Of a stretch of DNA of 64,000 nucleotides, positions 56,101 through 64,000 are shown piece after piece. The stretch's first letter is position 1. Every line of letters starts with the position of its first letter. This stretch comes from Cucumibacter sp. (lineage in GTDB: Bacteria > Pseudomonadota > Alphaproteobacteria > Rhizobiales > Devosiaceae): positions 4,692 to 68,691 of the forward strand of contig JBBECE010000033.1 of the NCBI GenBank assembly GCA_040881985.1, in the 5' to 3' direction. The notes under the pieces were generated by a model. That model was not told the origin of the DNA. It searched no databases and worked only from the letters and a program-made list of their open reading frames with translations. The translations under genes were made by a program, and so were the position numbers.

Positions 56101-56544
56101 CTAGCCGGCGATTTCCCAACGCGTGCAGTCATCGAGCGTCTCGTCAATCGGCAGGCAGTCCCAGAGTGTTGCGGCAACCCCGTGATGGGAGAGCGTCTGT
56201 CGCACGAACAGGGACGACGACAGGCAGTAGGCCTGATCGCTGCGGCACACGAGGACAATGCCCGGCCTGAGCTCTGTTTCAGCGCTGTAGGCGAGCGCCT
56301 GACCGATGGCTTCCTTCCACTTGTCGTGCCAGTCGACCTCAATGGCGTGGGTCGGACTGATACAGTCGGCGCGCCGCTGCAGACCGAGGCGGATTTTCAG
56401 ATCCAATCCGGCGCAGAACCGCTCGTGGTAGAAGCGCTCGGGGCGGGACGGCACGTCCTGAGCGCACGCGGCGCTGATGACTGATGTGGCAACAATGAGC
56501 ACAAGACCGATGACGGTTAAGTGCCGGGAGGGCCGCCAGGTCAT
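56101..56544 (-). CDS. small secreted Cys-rich hypothetical protein
   Basis: ORF 56101..56613, with the start moved to ATG 56544 after GGAGGA. Signal peptide MTWRPSRHLTVIGLVLIVATSVISAACAQ, with 6 Cys after the predicted cleavage site. The conserved core AIEVDWHDKWKEAIGQALAY is shared with the decayed copy at 46361..46621. Confidence 0.7.
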   Translation of the reverse strand: MTWRPSRHLTVIGLVLIVATSVISAACAQDVPSRPERFYHERFCAGLDLKIRLGLQRRADCISPTHAIEVDWHDKWKEAIGQALAYSAETELRPGIVLVCRSDQAYCLSSSLFVRQTLSHHGVAATLWDCLPIDETLDDCTRWEIAG

Positions 56545-56742
56545 CGCCAATTCCTCCGAAGTTAGTTTCAATCGAGTGCGCAGAGAGCTTGGGTCGCACG
56601 CACCTGGGTGCATTGACCCCGTGCCTATGGTGATCGAGAGGGCTAGACCGTGCGTTCGAGCGAGACCGTCGCAAAGGACTTAGTCGCTACGTCGATCTCA
56701 TGTATCCTCGATTCAGCTGCCGAATGGAAGAAGGAGTGAGAC

Positions 56743-57031
56743 TTGCCGGACTATCCGGACGTTCGGCGCGCGCCGGCCGGACGGGATGTCGCCAGGCTTG
56801 CCGGGGTTTCGCAATCGGCGGTGTCACGGGCGTTCACGCCGGGCGCGAGCGTGGCCGAGGACACAAAGAACAAGTTCGTCATCGCCGCCCAGAGCCTCGG
56901 CTACATGCCAAACCTAGTGGCGCGGTTACTTGCGACCAGGCGGACCAATATCGTTGCGCTGGCGATCAGCAATTTCGAGAACCCGTTCTATGTACAGGTG
57001 GTGAAGGCGCTCTCCGACCGGCTGCACGGTG
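56743..57031 (+). pseudogene. LacI family regulator, 5' fragment only (HTH plus the first strand of the sugar-binding domain)
   Basis: TTG 56743 after AAGGAG. The sequence DVARLAGVSQSAVSRAFTPGASVAEDTKNKFVIAAQSLGYMPNLVARLLATRRTNIVALAISNFENPFYVQVVKALSDRL is typical LacI/GalR. It then degenerates about 95 codons in, whereas full-length members such as the one at 59048..60091 are about 350 aa. Confidence 0.6.
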
Positions 57032-57240
57032 CGATTCCTGAAAAGTTCGTTTGGGGAAACAGCCGCCGGTTTTGTCGAGAGAGGCAGCCTCGAAGACTTG
57101 GCGGTCGAGCCGCTTAGGGAATGGATTTTGAAAAAGTGGCCGGCGGCGAAGTCTAGCTCCAGTAAGGTCAGGAACCGGCAAGCGGCCCCTCGTGGTTCGA
57201 ATCCCCTTGTCCGCTCTATTTTCACCGAACAATCGCGGCG

Positions 57241-57266
57241 ACGAAAGAATTAGGGCCCTTAGGGCC
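57241..57266 (-). terminator. possible weak intrinsic terminator after glnK
   Basis: On the minus strand the hairpin GGCCC-UAA-GGGCC (57266..57254) is followed by CUAAUUCUUUCG, 35 nt after the glnK stop. The stem is short. Confidence 0.3.
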
Positions 57267-57300
57267 AATTCACAGTTGGCGCTGACGAAGGCAGGCCTGC

Positions 57301-57639
57301 CTACAACGCCTCGATATCGGTCTCGCCGGTTCGGATGCGGGTCGCCGAGGCGAGGTCGAGCACGAAAATCTTGCCGTCGCCGATTTTGCCGGAGCGGGCG
57401 GCGGAGGTGATCGCGTTGACCGCCTTGTCGACCAGGCCATCGTCGAGCGCGACCTCGATTTTCGCCTTCGGCAGATAACTGACTTTGTATTCGGAGCCGC
57501 GATAGACCTCGGTGTGGCCCTTCTGGCGGCCATAGCCCCTGACTTCGGTCACCGTCATGCCGTGAATTCCGACGTCATTTAGCGCATCGCGAACCGCATC
57601 GAGTTTGTGTGGCTGGACGATAGCGACGATGAATTTCAT
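57301..57639 (-). CDS. glnK: P-II nitrogen regulatory protein
   Basis: 112 aa with canonical P-II sequence, including the T-loop GYGRQKGHTEVYRGSEY and the C-terminal IRTGE. Confidence 0.95.
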   Translation of the reverse strand: MKFIVAIVQPHKLDAVRDALNDVGIHGMTVTEVRGYGRQKGHTEVYRGSEYKVSYLPKAKIEVALDDGLVDKAVNAITSAARSGKIGDGKIFVLDLASATRIRTGETDIEAL

Positions 57640-57654
57640 TCCGCGCTCCCAATC

Positions 57655-58866
57655 TTAAGGATTGTAGCCGGATTCGCCGTGCGAGGACTGGTCGAGCCCG
57701 GCGAGTTCGGCTTCCTCGGAGACCCTGAGCCCCACCAGGGCTTGCGTGATCTTGACGAGAATGACGGTGGCAACAATCGCCCAAACGGCGGCGCTGACAA
57801 CGCTGACGATCTGCACCCAGAATTGTTCCGGAACGCTTCTGGAGAGCCCGACGCCCGTCATGAAGTCGGCGGCAAGCAGGGCGGTGAGAATTGTCCCGAG
57901 CGCGCCGCCGAAGCCGTGCACCGCCAAAACGTCGAGCGCGTCGTCGATCTTGACGACGCGCTTGATGAAGACAACGCCCCAATAACAGACGAAGCCCGAG
58001 GCGAGGCCGAGGATGACGCCGCCGATCGGCCCGATATAGCCAGAGGCGGGAGTGACGGTGGCGAGACCGGCGATCGTGCCGGTGACAAGGCCAACCAGAC
58101 TTGGCCGGCCGAACCGCAGCCACTCGATCGCCGTCCAAGTCAGCGAGGCGGTGGCGGCGGAAAGGTGGGTGACGAGCATGGCCATGCCGGCATCGGCGCC
58201 CGAGGCCAGCGCGCTGCCGGCGTTGAATCCGAACCAGCCGACCCATAGCATCGAGGCGCCGACCATCACCATCCAGGGCGCATGCGGCGGCTTTACCTCG
58301 GCAGGAAATCCTCGCCGGCTGCCGAGCATCCAGGCGATGGTGATCGCCGAAACCCCGGCGGTGACGTGCACGACGATGCCGCCGGCAAAGTCGAGGACCC
58401 CCATTTGCGCGAGCCAGCCGCCGCCCCAGACCCAGTGGGCGACCGGCGAGTAAACGATCAGTAGCCAGAGTCCGGAGAAAAGCAGCACCGCGCCGAACTT
58501 GATACGCTCGACATAGGCGCCCACGATCAGCGCCGGCGTGATGATCGCAAACGTCATTTGGAACATGAAGAAGACCGACTCGGGGATGTGCGTTGTGCCA
58601 TAGACAGCGCCGCGAGCGACCCCGCCAAGCAGCGCCTTCCCCAAACCACCGAAAAATCCCGTGCCCTCAGCGAAAGCAATGCTGTAGGCCGCGACGAACC
58701 AGAGAACCGACATCGCGCACGCGATCGAAATGCACTGCATCAGCGCCGACAGGACATTTTTGGTCTGGACAAGCCCGGCATAAAACAAGCCCAGACCTGG
58801 CAAAGTCATAAACAGCACAAGCGTGGTCGCGGTCAGCACCCACGCGGTATCACCCGTGTCGATCAT
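57655..58866 (-). CDS. amtB: ammonium transporter
   Basis: ORF 57655..58899, with the start moved to ATG 58866 (MIDTGDTAWVLTATTLVLFMTLPGLGLFYAGL). Amt signature blocks are DFAGGIVVH, GWFGFNAGS and the twin-His region LAVHGFGGALG. Confidence 0.93.
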   Translation of the reverse strand: MIDTGDTAWVLTATTLVLFMTLPGLGLFYAGLVQTKNVLSALMQCISIACAMSVLWFVAAYSIAFAEGTGFFGGLGKALLGGVARGAVYGTTHIPESVFFMFQMTFAIITPALIVGAYVERIKFGAVLLFSGLWLLIVYSPVAHWVWGGGWLAQMGVLDFAGGIVVHVTAGVSAITIAWMLGSRRGFPAEVKPPHAPWMVMVGASMLWVGWFGFNAGSALASGADAGMAMLVTHLSAATASLTWTAIEWLRFGRPSLVGLVTGTIAGLATVTPASGYIGPIGGVILGLASGFVCYWGVVFIKRVVKIDDALDVLAVHGFGGALGTILTALLAADFMTGVGLSRSVPEQFWVQIVSVVSAAVWAIVATVILVKITQALVGLRVSEEAELAGLDQSSHGESGYNP

Positions 58867-58985
58867 GTTTGGCCCCCCGTGGCTGGGGAGAATACACAAC
58901 CCGAACGATTTGAAAATACGGGAGTTGGAGGTCCGGATGCGGGAGCGCGTTTGACATAATGGCGCAAAAGACTATGATTCCGAAA

Positions 58986-59018
58986 CGTTTGCAAAGAAAT
59001 TAAACTTCTTTGCGAACG
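58986..59018. promoter_or_regulatory. 33-bp inverted repeat (13-nt arms, 12/13 match) containing two AACGTT cores; candidate LacI-type operator
   Basis: The arms cgtttgcaaagaa (58986-58998) and ttctttgcgaacg (59006-59018) are separated by a 7-nt AT spacer. GAAACGTTTGC resembles LacI/PurR-family operator cores. The repeat lies 30 nt upstream of the LacI-family gene, in the region divergent from amtB. Confidence 0.4.
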
Positions 59019-59047
59019 TTAAGAATGAAATCGTTTTGGGAGGAACG

Positions 59048-60091
59048 ATGCCGCCACCGGCCAGGACGCTCAAGGCACTCGCCAAAGAGTTGAATGTGTC
59101 GATCACCACCGTGTCGAGGGCGCTGGCTGGGCACGAGGAAGTTGCGCTGAAAACCCGCCAGCGCGTCACCGAGGCGGCGCGGACGCACGGCTACGTTCCG
59201 AACACCGCCGCACGAACCATGGTTTCCGGTCGCAGCGGCTTCGTCGGCTTCGTCTTGCCAGTTCGCGGCCCCAATCTCGTCGACAGTTTCCTCGGGGAAT
59301 TCATCACCGGGTTAGGCGAAGGGCTGGTCCCGCGCGGCAACGACCTGATCTTGGCCACCGCCGCCACGCCGGAATCAGAACTGGCCGTGCTTCGCCACGT
59401 CGTCGAATCAGGGCGCGCCGATGGCGTCGTCATCAGTCGCATCGCCGAATCTGACGAGCGCGTCCACTACCTGCTGCGGCGGGGCTTTCCGTTCGTCGCT
59501 CACGGACGGTTGCTCGACGACACGCCGGGCTACCACTGGCTGGACACCGATGGCGGCCAAGCTTTCGGCGAAGCCTTCGAAATGCTTTATACGCTTGGGC
59601 ATCGGCACTTCGGCCTGGTTACCATTTCCGAGCCGATGAGTTTCCGGCATTTTCGGCAGAACGGCCTCGCCGATGCCATTGCGCGCCGCGGCGACCCCCG
59701 GGTCGTCCTCGACGTCGCCACCGCGCCGCGCTTCGACCTTGGCGCCCGCGTCGAGGCAGTTAGCCGCCTGTTGCGGGGGCCGCAACGTCCAACCGCCATC
59801 ATCGCCTTGTTCGATGAACTGGCGCTCACAGTGATGGAGGAGGCGGCGCGGGCCGGGCTCGCCGTCCCCCACGATCTTTCGGTGATCGGCTTCGACAATG
59901 TATTGGCGTCCGGTTACGCGCCGCCCGGCCTGACGACATTCGACGCGTCGATCCGCCAGGCATCGCGCGAAATCGCCCAAATGCTTGTCAGCGTCATCGA
60001 GAAAAGGCCCGAGGAACCGCAAACGCGGCTCATCCGGCCGACATTGGTTGCCCGAGCCAGTCACGGCCCGGCACCGCGTAAGTCCCGCTAA
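59048..60091 (+). CDS. LacI family transcriptional regulator
   Basis: ORF 59036..60091, likely start ATG 59048. HTH LKALAKELNVSITTVSRALAGHEEVALKTRQRV plus a full periplasmic-binding-like effector domain. Confidence 0.9.
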   Translation: MPPPARTLKALAKELNVSITTVSRALAGHEEVALKTRQRVTEAARTHGYVPNTAARTMVSGRSGFVGFVLPVRGPNLVDSFLGEFITGLGEGLVPRGNDLILATAATPESELAVLRHVVESGRADGVVISRIAESDERVHYLLRRGFPFVAHGRLLDDTPGYHWLDTDGGQAFGEAFEMLYTLGHRHFGLVTISEPMSFRHFRQNGLADAIARRGDPRVVLDVATAPRFDLGARVEAVSRLLRGPQRPTAIIALFDELALTVMEEAARAGLAVPHDLSVIGFDNVLASGYAPPGLTTFDASIRQASREIAQMLVSVIEKRPEEPQTRLIRPTLVARASHGPAPRKSR

Positions 60092-60123
60092 CGACAGAGG
60101 TTTCCAAAGGGAGGACATCGACC

Positions 60124-61389
60124 ATGAAACCGACACTCAAACTATTGGCAGGCACAATCCTCGCCCTGTCATTTTCCGGTACCGCAAATGCGCAGGTACT
60201 TTTCTGGTCCACGCAAGCCAAGCCGGTCGAAGAAACGCAGAAAATGCGTGATCAGGTGTTGGCGGGCTTTGCGCCGGGCGCCGACTACCAACCGCAGGAC
60301 GATGGCCCTTGGCTGACGCGCCTGCAGGCGGAACTCCAGACCAATTCCGGCACCATCGAGGTGCTGGGGGCCCTGCATGGCAGTTTCGTCAGTCTCTCCG
60401 CAGATCTCGTCGATCTGTCGGGAGTCGACCTGTCCGGGGTTGAGGTGAATTCGGCCTACAAGACGCTCGGCATGCTCGGCACCGGCGAACAGAAATACCT
60501 GCCTTGGATGCAAGCGACCTACATCATGGCCGCCAACAAAGAGGCGTTGCCCTTCCTGCCCGCCGGCGCCGACATCAATGCGCTGAGTTACGATGAACTG
60601 CTTGGGTGGTGCAAGAACATCGCCGAGCAGACCGGATCGCCCAAATGCGGCTTCCCGGCGGGACCCGACGGCCTGAAGCATCGCTTCTTCCAGGGCTTCC
60701 TGCTGCCGTCCTACGCCCATTCGACGGTCACCAGGTTCCGCTCCGCGGAAGCAGAGGCGGCCTGGACCATGTTCAGGGACCTCTGGCAATACGTGAATCC
60801 CAACTCGACCTCCTACGGCTTCATGCAGCAGCCGCTGCTGACCGGCGAAGTCTGGGTCGCCTTCGATCACGTGGCCCGGCTCGCTGACGCCTTCAATCAG
60901 CAGCCGGACAACTTCGTGGCGTTCCCGGCGCCGGCCGGACCCGCCGGCCGAGGTTTCATGCCGGTCGTCGTCGGCATGGCCATCCCGCGGACCGCCCCTG
61001 ACATGGCGGCAGCGGAAGCGCTGGTTGCCTACATGATGCAGCCGTCGACCCAGGTCGCAACGCTGCGCGCCACCAATTTCTTCCCGGTGGTGGCGGTTGA
61101 TTTGCCCAACGACATGCCTAATTCGGTCAAGGTCTCGGGCGAGGCTGTCGCCGCCATGACGGGTGCTCCGGACGCCCTGCCGGCGCTGTTGCCGATCGGT
61201 CTCGGCGATCTCGGCGGCAAGTTCAACCAAGTCTACACCGACACCTTCGAGCGTGTCGTTCTGGGCGGCCAGGACATCCGCTCGGCGCTCGATGATCAGG
61301 CCAACACCCTGCGGGCGCTGATGATCGAGGCAAATGCGCCGTGCTGGGGTCCGGATGCGGCATCGGCGGGCGCTTGCCCCGTCGACTAG
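60124..61389 (+). CDS. ABC transporter substrate-binding protein (family 1, sugar)
   Basis: 421 aa with signal peptide MKPTLKLLAGTILALSFSGTANAQ. It is followed by two permeases and an ATPase. Confidence 0.9.
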   Translation: MKPTLKLLAGTILALSFSGTANAQVLFWSTQAKPVEETQKMRDQVLAGFAPGADYQPQDDGPWLTRLQAELQTNSGTIEVLGALHGSFVSLSADLVDLSGVDLSGVEVNSAYKTLGMLGTGEQKYLPWMQATYIMAANKEALPFLPAGADINALSYDELLGWCKNIAEQTGSPKCGFPAGPDGLKHRFFQGFLLPSYAHSTVTRFRSAEAEAAWTMFRDLWQYVNPNSTSYGFMQQPLLTGEVWVAFDHVARLADAFNQQPDNFVAFPAPAGPAGRGFMPVVVGMAIPRTAPDMAAAEALVAYMMQPSTQVATLRATNFFPVVAVDLPNDMPNSVKVSGEAVAAMTGAPDALPALLPIGLGDLGGKFNQVYTDTFERVVLGGQDIRSALDDQANTLRALMIEANAPCWGPDAASAGACPVD

Positions 61390-61458
61390 GCCGACCGCTG
61401 TCTGCCCGGGGCCGTCTGGGTCCCGGGCAGCATCCGTTCGGCACCGAGCGAGGCCGGC

Positions 61459-62304
61459 ATGAATCAAAAGGCGCTGCCCTATCTGCTGCTCGCACCGGCA
61501 ACGCTGTTCCTGTGCGTCTTCTTCCTCTACCCGTTTGTGCTGGTGGCGTGGGAGGCATTTTCCCGCAACGGCGATTTTACGCTTGGCAATTTTTCCGAAA
61601 TGCTCGGCCACTGGAAATTCGGGACCACCTTTTCGAACACGCTGCTGTTGGCGGCGATCGTGGTGCCCATCCAGCTGGTGCTTGCCCTCTCCATGGCATC
61701 GGCGGTCACCCGGATGACCACGGGCCGCAGCGCCGTCCTCTATATTCTCGCCATTCCTCTGGGCATTTCCGATCTTGCCGCCGGCATCATCTGGCTCGCC
61801 ATCTTCGAACAGTCCGGCTTCCTCAATTCCTGGCTGGTCCCGATGGGCGTTGCCGACCAGCCCGTCCAGTTCCTCGGCTACCAGAGCAAGTTCACCATTT
61901 TCGTCGCGGTGGTGCTGGCCGAGGTGTGGCGAGCGACCGCCATCATGATGGTGATTCTGGTCGCCGGCATGGGCCTGATCCCGAAGGAGTACTATGAGGC
62001 CGCGGAAGTCTTCGGCGCCACCCGGTGGCAGCGTTTCCGGCAGGTGACCCTTCCATTGCTGCGTCCGAGCCTGCAAACGGCCATCATCCTGCGCGTCATC
62101 CTCGCCTTCGAGGTCTTCGCCGTGGTGGCAACGCTCGGCGGCACCAACCTGCCGGTTCTGATGGGAGAAACCTATCACTGGCAGTTCGCCTTGCAGGATC
62201 GCAACGTTGCGGCGGCCTTTGCCATGCTGATCCTGGCGATCTCGATCGGCTTCACGCTGTTCTTCCTGCGCGTCCTGCGGGTGCCGAAGGAAGCAAGGAT
62301 ATGA
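61459..62304 (+). CDS. carbohydrate ABC transporter permease
   Basis: 281 aa with 6 TM segments and an EAA-like loop (EAAEVFGATRWQRF). Confidence 0.9.
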   Translation: MNQKALPYLLLAPATLFLCVFFLYPFVLVAWEAFSRNGDFTLGNFSEMLGHWKFGTTFSNTLLLAAIVVPIQLVLALSMASAVTRMTTGRSAVLYILAIPLGISDLAAGIIWLAIFEQSGFLNSWLVPMGVADQPVQFLGYQSKFTIFVAVVLAEVWRATAIMMVILVAGMGLIPKEYYEAAEVFGATRWQRFRQVTLPLLRPSLQTAIILRVILAFEVFAVVATLGGTNLPVLMGETYHWQFALQDRNVAAAFAMLILAISIGFTLFFLRVLRVPKEARI

Positions 62305-63170
62305 CCGACACCGCCGCCACCGGGGTTGCCACCGCGCCCCTGGCCCGCGAAAAACCGGCGCCCGATCCCCGGCGCGCCGGCCGCTGGTTGTTCGGTGCCA
62401 CTGTAGCTCTGCTCTGCGCCTGGGTGCTGCTGCCGATCTACCTGCTGGCGGTCAACGCCCTGTCCTCACCGGCCGAAGTGTCCGCCTTCCCCAAGGACCT
62501 GGTGCCGGGCTTCGACCTCACCAGCCTGCAGTTCTTCCTGCAATTCCAGGGGGTGGCCAAAGCGCTGTGGAATTCGGTGCTCGTGGCGACGATCACCATG
62601 GCGCTCTCGATCAGCGTGGGGGCCCCCGCCGGCTATGCACTGGCGAGATTCGACTTCCCGGGCAAGGAAGTCTTCCGTCTGCTGGTGCTGATGACCCGCG
62701 CCTTCCCACTGCCGTTGCTGGCGCTGCCTCTGGCGGTGATGTTCATCCGCACCGGGCTCGACGATACCGCCTTCGGGCTGGCGCTCGTCCACACAACGCT
62801 GGCACTGCCGTTCGCGGTCCTGATCACCTTTTCGCTGTTCTCGGGCATTCCCTATGAACTCGAAGAGGCAGCGCTGACGCTGGGCTGCAACCGGCTGCAG
62901 GCGTTCTTCAAGGTTATTTGGCCGCTGGCCCTGCCCGGCATCGCCGCGTCGGCGGTGTTTGCCTTCACCATTTCTTGGAACGAAGTGTTCGCCGCGGCGG
63001 TGCTGACGATCGACAATCGCACCCTGACGGCGTTCCTGCTGCAAAGCCTGAACGTGTCGCCGATGCACCTCAAGTTCGCCGGCGGCGCGGCACTGGTGCT
63101 GCCGGCGCTGATCTTCATCTTCGCCGTCCGCAAATATCTTTTCGCGATGTGGGGCATCGCCAACCGCTAG
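62301..63170 (+). CDS. carbohydrate ABC transporter permease
   Basis: ORF 62025..63170, with the start moved to ATG 62301, which overlaps the previous stop (ATGA). EAA-like loop EEAALTLGCNRLQAF. Confidence 0.9.
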   Translation: MTDTAATGVATAPLAREKPAPDPRRAGRWLFGATVALLCAWVLLPIYLLAVNALSSPAEVSAFPKDLVPGFDLTSLQFFLQFQGVAKALWNSVLVATITMALSISVGAPAGYALARFDFPGKEVFRLLVLMTRAFPLPLLALPLAVMFIRTGLDDTAFGLALVHTTLALPFAVLITFSLFSGIPYELEEAALTLGCNRLQAFFKVIWPLALPGIAASAVFAFTISWNEVFAAAVLTIDNRTLTAFLLQSLNVSPMHLKFAGGAALVLPALIFIFAVRKYLFAMWGIANR

Positions 63171-63179
63171 GGACAAGTC

Positions 63180-64000
63180 ATGGCCGAGATCGTCATCAAG
63201 GGTGTCACCAAGCAGTTCGGAACTTTCACCGCCCTGCACGGAATCGACCTGACCATCGCCGACCTGGAGTTCATGGTCCTGCTCGGCGCCTCCGGCTGCG
63301 GCAAGACCACGCTCTTGCGGATCGTTGCGGGGCTGGAGTCGCCAACCGACGGCGAAGTCTGGATTGGCGGCCGCCGCGTCGACCAACTGCCGCCCCGCGA
63401 CCGTGGCATCGCCATGGTGTTTCAGAATTACGCCGTCTTTCCGCACCTGACGGTGTTCGAGAATATCGCGTTCGGGCTGCGGATGAGGAGGCTGGCGGGC
63501 GACGTCATCACCCGGCGCGTCGAGAAGACCGCTGAACTGATGCATATCGAGTTGCTGCTCAAGCGCTATTCCGGCCAGCTCTCGGGCGGGCAGCGGCAGC
63601 GGGTGGCCGTGGCTCGGGCCCTGGCCGTGGAGCCCGACGTCATCCTGATGGACGAGCCGCTGTCAAACCTCGACGCGCTGCTCAGGCTCGAAATGCGCGC
63701 CGAACTCAAGGGCGTGCTGGCCGCCAGCAGGACCACCACCCTCTACGTCACTCATGATCAGGTCGAGGCAATGAGCCTGGCCGACCGCATCGCGGTCATG
63801 CATGGCGGCCGCATCGTCCAAGCGGCCTCGCCCATTGAGGTCTATCGCAACCCCGCCGCCCGGTTCGTGGGCAGCTTCATCGGCAACCCACCGATGAACT
63901 TCATCGCGGCCAGACGAGCCGGCGCCGGCAAGTGGGCGGTGGCCGGGCTGACGCTGCCGGGACCCGCCGCCGGTTCGGCCGAAGTCGAATTCGCCATTCG
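63180..64000 (+). CDS. sugar ABC transporter ATP-binding protein (MalK/UgpC type), 3' end outside the window
   Basis: Own translation from ATG 63180 gives [47 protein letters not shown]...[15 protein letters not shown]...[11 protein letters not shown]. It is absent from the ORF track because there is no stop inside the window. Confidence 0.9.
   Translation, partial: MAEIVIKGVTKQFGTFTALHGIDLTIADLEFMVLLGASGCGKTTLLRIVAGLESPTDGEVWIGGRRVDQLPPRDRGIAMVFQNYAVFPHLTVFENIAFGLRMRRLAGDVITRRVEKTAELMHIELLLKRYSGQLSGGQRQRVAVARALAVEPDVILMDEPLSNLDALLRLEMRAELKGVLAASRTTTLYVTHDQVEAMSLADRIAVMHGGRIVQAASPIEVYRNPAARFVGSFIGNPPMNFIAARRAGAGKWAVAGLTLPGPAAGSAEVEFAI

Noticed and set aside
57155-57180. SRP (4.5S) RNA-like string GGTCAGGAACCGGCAAGCGGCC
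   Set aside because: It resembles GGUCAGGUCCGGAAGGAAGCAGCC only superficially. The conserved GGAA tetraloop and the symmetric-loop nucleotides are missing, and no long closing helix is present.

Overview
GC-rich bacterial DNA. Gene content and intergenic repeats look alphaproteobacterial (Rhizobiales-like); this is an inference, not a database result. Long antisense ORFs are common, so calls rest on recognisable protein families, start/SD context and operon spacing. The window is mostly catabolic and transport operons. (1) 1-5.9 kb: eat permease, glutamine-synthetase-like ligase, Fe-alcohol dehydrogenase and aldehyde dehydrogenase, which looks like a gamma-glutamylation route for an amino alcohol. 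(2) 6.2-11.9 kb: an EF-G paralogue with altered GTPase motifs, a CHRD protein, an MFS transporter and a CSS-EAL phosphodiesterase. (3) 12-19.3 kb: sugar ABC system, AraC regulator and GH42 beta-galactosidase. (4) 19.5-22.6 kb: Tat-exported two-domain multicopper oxidase, an extended ZIP transporter and a TetR regulator, with a shared AT-rich operator-like motif. (5) 22.7-26.9 kb: a 1214-aa secreted protein with five tandem 86-aa repeats plus a small two-TM partner, function unknown. (6) 27.7-32.9 kb: ribose-type ABC system and an FGGY kinase. (7) 33.4-46 kb: a locus for non-phosphorylative 6-deoxyhexose (L-rhamnose/L-fucose type) catabolism with two RhamD-like dehydratases, a lactonase, an AKR, an SDR, a mutarotase, a FadR-type regulator and a signal-less SBP homologue. 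(8) 46-56 kb: two 371-bp direct repeats with 4 mismatches bracket 9258 bp. That segment carries a GntR-controlled NitT/TauT-type ABC system, an FAH hydrolase, an AAE3-like CoA ligase and a KPR-like reductase, followed by gene debris (FAH fragment, terminase C-terminus, DUF3489). Each repeat lies next to a diverged paralogue of a small secreted Cys-rich protein. (9) 56.7-64 kb: truncated LacI gene, amtB then glnK in the unusual order, and a LacI-regulated sugar ABC operon. No rRNA, intact tRNA, CRISPR array, intact IS or obvious defence genes were found. The items most worth a second look are the 371-bp repeat pair, the giant repeat protein module, the MCO-ZIP-TetR unit, the EF-G paralogue and the cytoplasmic SBP homologue.
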